The notes beneath the pieces are model-generated. The model ran no database searches and was not told the origin of the DNA. It was given only the letters and a program-made list of their open reading frames with translations. Both the position numbers and the translations under genes were made by a program. A stretch of DNA of 61,970 nucleotides from an uncultured Bacteroidales bacterium (GTDB lineage: Bacteria > Bacteroidota > Bacteroidia > Bacteroidales > UBA3663): positions 1 to 61,970 of the forward strand of contig CALBPV010000002.1 in NCBI GenBank assembly GCA_937899265.1, read 5' to 3'. Below, one piece after another: positions 55,581 through 61,970 of the stretch (positions within the stretch are counted from its first letter, which is position 1; each line of letters begins with the position of its first letter).

Positions 55581-55870
55581 AAAGTGCCAAAAGGTCGCCT
55601 ACATTTTGGGCAAGCCTTTGGCAGTTGCGGAAATCGCCATCGATTATCGATGGACCCAAAAGAAAGTGCCAAAAGGTCGCCTACATTTTGGGCAAGCCTT
55701 TGGCAATTGCTGAAATCGCCATCGATTATCGATGGAACCAAAAGAAAGTGCCAAAAGGTCGCCCAGAATCTGGGCAAGCTTTTGGCAATTGCGGAAATCG
55801 CCATCGATTATCGATGGACCCAAAAGAAACTGCCAAAGGCTTGCCCGGATTTTGGGCAAGCCTTTGGCAG
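55581..55870 (-). repeat. 3.5 x 82-bp tandem repeat, each unit carrying two palindromes (REP/REPIN-like)
   Basis: Units start at 55581, 55663, 55745 and 55827. P1 is TGCCAAAGG..GCC-N7/8-GGGCAAGCCTTTGGCA, a perfect 17-bp stem at 55830-55870. P2 is CCATCGAT-T-ATCGATGG. Confidence 0.9.
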
Positions 55871-55880
55871 TTTTCTTCTC

Positions 55881-56864
55881 TCATTCTGCCAGCCACTCGA
55901 CCAGCACATTGTTTCGCATCATCTGCCAGCGGGCGGAGTCGTGAGGCAGCGGAGCGTAAGCCCTGTGGCGAGCCTCCGCTTTGGCACGCAAGGCGTTGTC
56001 GGTCCGCGTGACGACGGTGGAGTCTTCCGCTGTCCCGGCAGTCGGTTCCAAAAGGAGGAGACGACCCAAACTGCACGTTTCGAAATAAACGCCGCCGGGC
56101 TTGAAGTAGCGCTCGTGGGGAGACCCCTCGGGCGGGAAGCCGTCTTTCAGGACGATTACCATGGGGAACCGGTTCTCTCGAACGGCTCGCATGATGAACT
56201 GTTCGCCGTGGCTGATGGCACCGCTGTAGGTCACGCAGCCCGTTCGCGCAGCCTGATGGAGGACGAGGTTGCATTGCGACTCTATCTGTTCGTCGGTCAG
56301 AGAACGGGAACATTGCACCGCCTGTCGTTCCGGATAGTCCAACAGGAAGGGGTTGCCCATCGCGGAGAAGGTGAGCGTGTGACCGCCGCGCGTCACCGGG
56401 AGGTTTCTCCTCAGGTGGAAGAGGCCGGGGTTGTGGCGTTTGACGAGTGCCCGGCGCGGGTTGTCGTGCACGTACTCTATCATGCTCTTGAGCTGTCCTT
56501 TGCGCGAAAGCGTGCGGATGAACGGGGGCTCGAAATCCAGCGCATGGTCTTTCAGCCACCACCCTTGTCGCATACCGCGCGCCAGCTGTTTGATGCTCTC
56601 GCCGATGTCCGACTTCACGTAGATGAGCACGTGGATATGGTCGGGCATCATGCTTACGGCGAGGAACTGGATGTTGGGGCGCAGTAGCAGGGTGTGGTTC
56701 ATCTGGGTGAGCGCATCGATGCCAAGCTGGGAAAGGGCGGTACGGGGGTTGACCTTGTCGTCAACGAGGGTGCCCAGCAGCGGACGGCGCGGTCGCAGCA
56801 CGAAGGTGAGGTGGTAGATGCCTACGCCCTTCCAGATGTCTTCGCGTTTTTTCCAATGGAACAT
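55881..56864 (-). CDS. HUH/Y1 tyrosine transposase-like protein (IS200/RAYT-like) with ~160-aa C-terminal extension, 327 aa
   Basis: HUH motif PDHIHVLI (His76/His78) and Tyr motif YVHDNPRRALV (Tyr131). Start at ATG 56864 (MFHWKK). The upstream part of track ORF 55881-57371 is repeat-encoded. Confidence 0.7.
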   Translation of the reverse strand: MFHWKKREDIWKGVGIYHLTFVLRPRRPLLGTLVDDKVNPRTALSQLGIDALTQMNHTLLLRPNIQFLAVSMMPDHIHVLIYVKSDIGESIKQLARGMRQGWWLKDHALDFEPPFIRTLSRKGQLKSMIEYVHDNPRRALVKRHNPGLFHLRRNLPVTRGGHTLTFSAMGNPFLLDYPERQAVQCSRSLTDEQIESQCNLVLHQAARTGCVTYSGAISHGEQFIMRAVRENRFPMVIVLKDGFPPEGSPHERYFKPGGVYFETCSLGRLLLLEPTAGTAEDSTVVTRTDNALRAKAEARHRAYAPLPHDSARWQMMRNNVLVEWLAE

Positions 56865-56950
56865 AGGGGGGGATGTTATAGAGGGTGAATGCCCGTAGAA
56901 TGGGGCGGATGATGGAGGATGGAGGATGGAGAATAGAGGAGCGAGGATGG

Positions 56951-56985
56951 CAGATAATAATCTGCCCATTATAAACGGGGAGAGA
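56951..56985. repeat. hairpin module A: GGATGGCAGAT-AATA-ATCTGCC + ..AACGGGGAG
   Basis: Stem at 56957-56963 / 56968-56974. Direct repeat of module B. Confidence 0.8.
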
Positions 56986-57035
56986 CGAACCGCGACAACA
57001 ACCACGGGGCGAGGCACCACAGCGGGCACCACCGC

Positions 57036-57145
57036 GCGAGCCGCGACCGGGCGAGCGCCACGAGGGCGAGCCGCGACCGGGCGAGCGCCACGAGGGCGAG
57101 CCGTGACCGGGCGAGAGCCACGAGGGCGGGCCGCGACCAGGCGAG
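57036..57145. repeat. ~3.7 x 30-bp GC-rich tandem repeat (GCGAGCCGCGACCGGGCGAGCGCCACGAGG)
   Basis: Units start at 57036, 57066, 57096 and 57126. Confidence 0.9.
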
Positions 57146-57149
57146 ATGT

Positions 57150-57210
57150 CGCCCGTCTCCCCCGTTTGTAGGATGGGCAGATTAAAATCTGCCCGACATA
57201 GACGGGGGGC
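57150..57210. repeat. hairpin module B: extended imperfect palindrome around GGGCAGAT-TAAA-ATCTGCCC
   Basis: Stem at 57175-57182 / 57187-57194. The outer C5GT / ACG6 arms also pair. Confidence 0.8.
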
Positions 57211-57369
57211 GAGGCTCCACGAGACAAGAGCCGCGACCGGGCGAGAGCCACGAGACGCGGGCCACGGAGGGGCGAGGCTCCACGAGGGGCGAGAGCCACG
57301 AGGGCGAGCCGCAACGAGAGCCGCGCACACCAGAGGCGGAGCCGCCGCTGTCGCCACCTCCCCTGCTGC

Positions 57370-57398
57370 AAAAAGAGGGCGCTCGTTGGAGCGCCCTC
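57370..57398 (-). terminator. rho-independent terminator of the T9SS surface-protein gene
   Basis: GAGGGCGCTC-GTTG-GAGCGCCCTC followed by U5 on the minus strand, 22 nt after the stop. Confidence 0.8.
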
Positions 57399-57420
57399 GA
57401 TTATTGTGGGGAGATTCGGG

Positions 57421-60400
57421 TTAGCGAACCTGGAACTTCTTACCGTTGGAGATGTAGTTCTGACCCTTCTGGATCTTATCTACGCGGATACCGTTGATGT
57501 TGTAGATAGGACCGTCGTTGGTGAGAGCGTCATCGGTGGTGAGAGTCTCGATGCCGGTAGCAGCCTGACCGAGGACGGTGACGAGAACGTCGTTGCCCTG
57601 GATTGTGGTCGAAACGACAATCATCACTGTCTGGCCAGCCTCGCCGCCCTTGATTGTAGCGGTGTAGTTAGCACCTTCTACGTTCTTAGCGGTAGCAGTA
57701 CCTGCGAGCACGGTGGTATCTGCTGTTACGACATACATCTCAACCGTGTAGGTGAGGTCGAGACCTTCCACTGCCGAGTACTCATCGAGTACGAGATCGT
57801 AGGTCACGGGCATAGCCGAGAACTTAACCTCAACGTTGCCGTCGGCGAGAGTTGCACTCTTGATGTCGATAGCGGCACCCTTGTGAGCATACTCGAGATC
57901 AACCGTATCCTTGAGAGCAGCGGTGTCGGCTACGATAACTGCCGTGAAGGGAGCAATCGTGAACAAGCTGTCTTTTGTGAACTTGGCGGGATCGCGGAGA
58001 ACGAGAACCGAGCCGAGGTGACCGTTGCTGGGCCGAGGATTAGCCACTACCTCATAGTAAGGTACGGTAGGTGTCTGATTCTTGAAGGTGTTGTTGGCAA
58101 CAATCTGCCAGCCTTCCTTACGTTCAGCCATCGTAATCGTGTTGTTGGCGCGGAACTGTACGCCGGCGCTGCTTACGAAGATGACCTCACGCCCTACCTC
58201 GGAGTAGAAGAGGTAACTGCCGGTGTAGGCGTTCATCTTCTGCGTGCGGCGGTAATTATCAAGATCGCCTGTCAACAAGGTTTCCATATCCGTGTCAGAG
58301 GTAGCGTTGCCGTTACCCTTGGCGGTGAAGTTGTAAATCTTGTAGTCCACACCGTCTTCGAGTACGTTGCCATACCTATCCGTTACGTAAGCGGGTACGA
58401 AGGGCAGTACAATCGAGTTGAAGCCGGCCTCCACATTCTTGTGATAGTAAACGTTACCGGAAGCACGGAGCGTTGTCGAGGTGAAGCGAGCCCCATAACC
58501 GATTTCGAAGTCAGCCGTCGAAGCGGGCATGATCGTATCAGATGCATAGTTAGCCCTGCGGAATGCCGTGTACTTCTCGTTATGGGTTTCGCGAGCATCG
58601 TTGTAGCGGAAGGCAGTACTACTCCGACGGTAGCCATCGGCGTAGGCTTCTGCATAAATCCAGCCGGCACTATCCTTGGCAAAGGCAATCGTGTCGCCGT
58701 TGGCAATGCCATCGATGTCGAAGTAGTTATAGTTACCGTCCTTGGCGAGAGAGCCCCAGCATTCAATCTGGCAGTTGGGCTTCGACAGAACCTCGCTGTT
58801 GTCAACCGTGATGGTGTAGAGGTTGGTCGTGTCGGTCTCACCCACGAAGGTGATAACGGGACGAGCCAACTGAACTAAAGTTCCTGCAGCGATGGTATCG
58901 ATAACTACGCCAGACTCCTGATCCTGATACCATGCATAAGCACGGGCTACAATGGTATCGGAAATCCAGAAGGTCTTCTCCTCATACTTCTGATAAGGAG
59001 TCCACCACATTTCTCGTGTCCAATATGAGGTATCCAACTTGGAAGTATAACCGGATTCGTAATTTGTCCAAGTGGAAACGCGGAATCCTGTCGTATCGAT
59101 ACCGGCATACTCATAACCCAAGTTTGCAATGGCGGCAGAATCGAGACTATAATCGCCCTCATTAGACTTCACATCCCAAACGGACAACTGATATGAGTAG
59201 TAGTAGTCGTATGCTGCACATTCCTCAGAGCCTGTACTCTCAACCTTGACAGAGTAATTGTAGTAGTAAGCGCTGTCAATCGAGAACGAAGGCTCAACAA
59301 TCTCAGCGGTATTGATGAGGATACCAATAGAGTGGAGCGCACCATAACGCTGCATTGTGAACTGAACATCGCCAGATTCTGTGCAGGTGAATACGTGGTG
59401 GAACCCTTCGGTCAGAGCAATATTCTCTTTAAGGTTCGAAGACCATGACTCAACAATAGGATTAGATTGATTGTTTGTAGTATTGTAGTCAACCACAACC
59501 AACTGACCCTTAGCAACATTTCTCAAAGCGACATGGTAGCGGTTACCGTTGGGAGTTTCTTGAGTTTTGAAAGCATACATACCCTCATAAGCCGTCTGGT
59601 AGCGAGTCAGCCAAGATTCTCCAACGGCAATACCGAAGGAAGGAGTGATGACAGAGTCGGCAAACGAAATAGGAGCATACTCAAGTCCATTTACGGTGAA
59701 ATGACTATCATCCAAAAGAACTACGTCTACACGTGACTTGCCCTGAATACGGTCAATTTCTCCGAAATCAATCCACATTACGGTGTCGAGCTTGGGAGCG
59801 GGACGGAAGAATATATGACCGTAGCTGTCCTCATAACCGTCGGCGTGAGCTGTTGCGAATACGCCGCCGTAAGGAATGTGATATACGGTATCACCGGAAT
59901 TGTATGTTCCGAGATCTGTGGTATCCTTCTTATCGGAAGTCACGTAGATCAAGCTAATCTTCTTGTCGGGATTACCAATAATCTGATCGGGATCGAGGTA
60001 AACCTTCCAAGCGGAGAGTTCCTTGGCAGCGTAGTCAGCCTCCTGAGCGGTGTCGGCAGCCGTAGCACCTTCCTTCTCGTCGAAGTGAACGCGAGTGAAG
60101 AGAACGGTGTCGAGTTTGATCGTCGTACCGGCGGTGAAATCGAAGCCAACCTTTTCAGAGTAGAAATATGTATCGGTATAAACGTCCTTCATCTTGGCAA
60201 TTACATCGACGTGAGCATCTGCAGTGATTTCGAAATGTCCATCGTAATCGACAAATGTTCCACTTTCGTTAATGTCGTAAGTGAAGGTAGCCTTCGTGCT
60301 GTCATTAGCCAAGGCAATCCAACGCGAGCCCTCATAAGCCGAGTCGATAGCAGCCGTGGGAGCGGGTACAATACCGGCAACGACATCATACTTCTTCGTG

Positions 60401-61970
60401 AACGAGAAGACACCGTCAGAATCGCATCGATAGGTTATCTTCGCAGATTCAGTAATACGGAATTCAGCGATTGTATCGTTAACAGTCTGTACTGCATTAT
60501 CGTCAATCTGATAATAGATATTCTTTGCACGAGGCTGTGTCAACCGAATAAGTTTGGATGTACCGATATTGCCCTCTACTTCCTTAACTACGGGAGCAGG
60601 GAACAGTGACTCCGCAGTAACTGCGATGTTGTCAACCCAAACACCGTTACTTCCATTGCGGGGTGCAACAACACACAGACCGGCCAGATTAAGGGATGTT
60701 CCGTCATTGAGTACAAACTGATTCCTAACAACGTCTGTCCCATCAGCAACCTTTGTAATGATATACGTAATCTTTGAGTCTTGCTTATTTACAGCGAGTG
60801 AAATATGATACCAAGTACCGTCCTCAAAGGTAAACGTGTTGTTTGAATCTTCGTTAATGGTACCATTTGTAATTCTCAAGAGATAATTACGTTTATCGGG
60901 ATTTCGATAATTCCAATCTCCCCAGTCAGGGTTACCGCACTGCGGAAGGCTAGCTCCATCAGCGTAAATAGCAAATGTATTTGTTCTGCTAGATACAGTC
61001 TGAAGCATTACATCGACATCGAAGAAATAGACATCGAGAGGAGCGAGAGGATTATCTCCCGAGAAGAATGGCTTGTATGCTCCTCTTTCGCCACCACCAT
61101 TATACGTAATCTTTGCATAGTGGTTCGTACCATCTGTTTCATATGACAGAGTTGCTGCTGCTCTTGTTCCTAACCAGTCGGTTACATTGTCACGATCTTC
61201 ATAATCCTCATAGAATACATAGTCAACATTACCCTTGTTGATAGTGATATTGACAATCACATCAACCGAAGCGGTAGTAACTGTGTCCTGACCCTTAACG
61301 AGGTATGCGTTGATGGCAACCGTGTCAGCGCTGACACCGATTACCTCACCTTTCTCGTTGACGGTGGCGATTTCGGGATCTGCGGACGTGTAAATCACGG
61401 AGTAGCCGAGGCTATCAACGTAAGAAGTGGGAACAACAGTAGCCGTCAGCTTGGCGGTATCACCTACGCCGATAGAAGTCTTGTCGGCCTTGAGGTTAAT
61501 CTCGGGTGTCTCATAAACGATGGTGTATTTGAAGACAGCGACCTTGTTAGCCTTAACGTTCGTGTTGTCGAAGGTGAAGACGATGCTTTCCTTGACATTC
61601 GTCGTGTCGAGGACGGTCACCATCTTGGGATATGTAGGCAGACCGATGATGTCGGTTACGACATTGAGCGGACGTACAGACTTGGCAGCTGCAGCAGGCT
61701 CAAGGATGTTGTCACCGCCGTCGATGGAGATGCCGGTCACATAGATAGGCGTAGAGGTCTCTGCGCGACCCTCATCGTTGGCACCAGCCTCGATGACGAT
61801 GCTGCGGATACGAGAACCCTTCTTCACCTTAATTTCCAGAGTGTTGTCGGAAGTAACGTCGGTAGCAAAGGTCTCATAGCCGTTCTCGAGTTCGCCGAGT
61901 ACATATTCGCCGGCTACGGTGTAGCTCTTGCCAACGAGTTCAACGCCCTTGGCACCCTGTACGGTCTGTT
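57421..61970 (-). CDS. very large T9SS-sorted surface protein (over 1,516 aa, 5' end outside the window) with Big_2 and LamG-like regions
   Basis: C-terminal GPIYNINGIRVDKIQKGQNYISNGKKFQVR is a T9SS CTD. A Big_2-like segment lies at 61249-61506. I translated the frame upstream of the GTG at 61827, and it stays open to position 61970. Confidence 0.8.
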   Translation of the reverse strand, partial: QTVQGAKGVELVGKSYTVAGEYVLGELENGYETFATDVTSDNTLEIKVKKGSRIRSIVIEAGANDEGRAETSTPIYVTGISIDGGDNILEPAAAAKSVRPLNVVTDIIGLPTYPKMVTVLDTTNVKESIVFTFDNTNVKANKVAVFKYTIVYETPEINLKADKTSIGVGDTAKLTATVVPTSYVDSLGYSVIYTSADPEIATVNEKGEVIGVSADTVAINAYLVKGQDTVTTASVDVIVNITINKGNVDYVFYEDYEDRDNVTDWLGTRAAATLSYETDGTNHYAKITYNGGGERGAYKPFFSGDNPLAPLDVYFFDVDVMLQTVSSRTNTFAIYADGASLPQCGNPDWGDWNYRNPDKRNYLLRITNGTINEDSNNTFTFEDGTWYHISLAVNKQDSKITYIITKVADGTDVVRNQFVLNDGTSLNLAGLCVVAPRNGSNGVWVDNIAVTAESLFPAPVVKEVEGNIGTSKLIRLTQPRAKNIYYQIDDNAVQTVNDTIAEFRITESAKITYRCDSDGVFSFTKKYDVVAGIVPAPTAAIDSAYEGSRWIALANDSTKATFTYDINESGTFVDYDGHFEITADAHVDVIAKMKDVYTDTYFYSEKVGFDFTAGTTIKLDTVLFTRVHFDEKEGATAADTAQEADYAAKELSAWKVYLDPDQIIGNPDKKISLIYVTSDKKDTTDLGTYNSGDTVYHIPYGGVFATAHADGYEDSYGHIFFRPAPKLDTVMWIDFGEIDRIQGKSRVDVVLLDDSHFTVNGLEYAPISFADSVITPSFGIAVGESWLTRYQTAYEGMYAFKTQETPNGNRYHVALRNVAKGQLVVVDYNTTNNQSNPIVESWSSNLKENIALTEGFHHVFTCTESGDVQFTMQRYGALHSIGILINTAEIVEPSFSIDSAYYYNYSVKVESTGSEECAAYDYYYSYQLSVWDVKSNEGDYSLDSAAIANLGYEYAGIDTTGFRVSTWTNYESGYTSKLDTSYWTREMWWTPYQKYEEKTFWISDTIVARAYAWYQDQESGVVIDTIAAGTLVQLARPVITFVGETDTTNLYTITVDNSEVLSKPNCQIECWGSLAKDGNYNYFDIDGIANGDTIAFAKDSAGWIYAEAYADGYRRSSTAFRYNDARETHNEKYTAFRRANYASDTIMPASTADFEIGYGARFTSTTLRASGNVYYHKNVEAGFNSIVLPFVPAYVTDRYGNVLEDGVDYKIYNFTAKGNGNATSDTDMETLLTGDLDNYRRTQKMNAYTGSYLFYSEVGREVIFVSSAGVQFRANNTITMAERKEGWQIVANNTFKNQTPTVPYYEVVANPRPSNGHLGSVLVLRDPAKFTKDSLFTIAPFTAVIVADTAALKDTVDLEYAHKGAAIDIKSATLADGNVEVKFSAMPVTYDLVLDEYSAVEGLDLTYTVEMYVVTADTTVLAGTATAKNVEGANYTATIKGGEAGQTVMIVVSTTIQGNDVLVTVLGQAATGIETLTTDDALTNDGPIYNINGIRVDKIQKGQNYISNGKKFQVR

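Larger units (their letters stand above)
55581..57205 (-). mobile_element. RAYT-like gene flanked by palindromic repeat blocks (REP/RAYT-type locus, probably domesticated)
   Basis: Architecture only: a repeat array abuts the stop, and hairpins plus a 30-bp array lie upstream. No terminal inverted repeats or target duplication identified. Confidence 0.4.

Noticed and set aside
56865-57371. N-terminal ~170 aa of track ORF 55881-57371 (RPRG/ARPV repeats)
   Set aside because: It is encoded by the 30-bp GC-rich tandem array and hairpin modules. The Y1-transposase-like domain begins right after ATG 56864.
1-61970. Defence island, prophage, toxin-antitoxin or biosynthetic gene cluster
   Set aside because: No integrase, phage structural, restriction-modification, Cas, abortive-infection, TA or PKS/NRPS-like genes were recognisable. 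Apart from the RAYT-like locus, the gene content is core or metabolic.

Overview
This 61,970-bp chromosomal segment reads as a GC-rich member of the Bacteroidales. The supporting marks are TAnnTTTG-type -7 boxes just upstream of many starts, a UpxY antiterminator, Mfa2/FimB-type pilus lipoproteins, a fused lpxC/fabZ, and a T9SS C-terminal sorting domain. I call about 46 protein genes. Most are housekeeping: recR, smpB, serA-serC, rarA, pheS, tilS, lpxD-lpxC/fabZ-lpxA, grpE plus a J-protein, ispE and nnr. The rest include an MFP-RND-TolC efflux operon, a NatAB-like ABC pair, four dispersed glycoside hydrolases (GH95, two GH28, one unassigned), a two-gene UpxY/CapD module, two Mfa2-like lipoproteins, and a T9SS surface protein of more than 1,500 aa that runs off the right edge. 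I recognised no rRNA, tRNA, CRISPR array, prophage, SusC/D PUL or defence island. The unusual content is mostly non-coding. (1) A family of TCCGGA-centred 9/10-bp tandem arrays occurs at six places in 62 kb. It is always co-oriented with the preceding gene, lies inside the lpx and grpE-J-protein gene clusters, and is translated once as the PE-rich N-terminus of GrpE. (2) A HUH/Y1 (RAYT-like) transposase gene carries an extra ~160-aa C-terminal region. It is wedged between an 82-bp palindrome-bearing tandem array and a block of hairpins plus 30-bp repeats, an architecture like REP/RAYT loci. (3) Several other gene-junction micro/minisatellites are present (7-, 9-, 31- and 44-bp units). Many long ORFs in the supplied track are antisense or repeat-encoded artefacts. 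All family assignments come from reading the translations by eye, without any database search.
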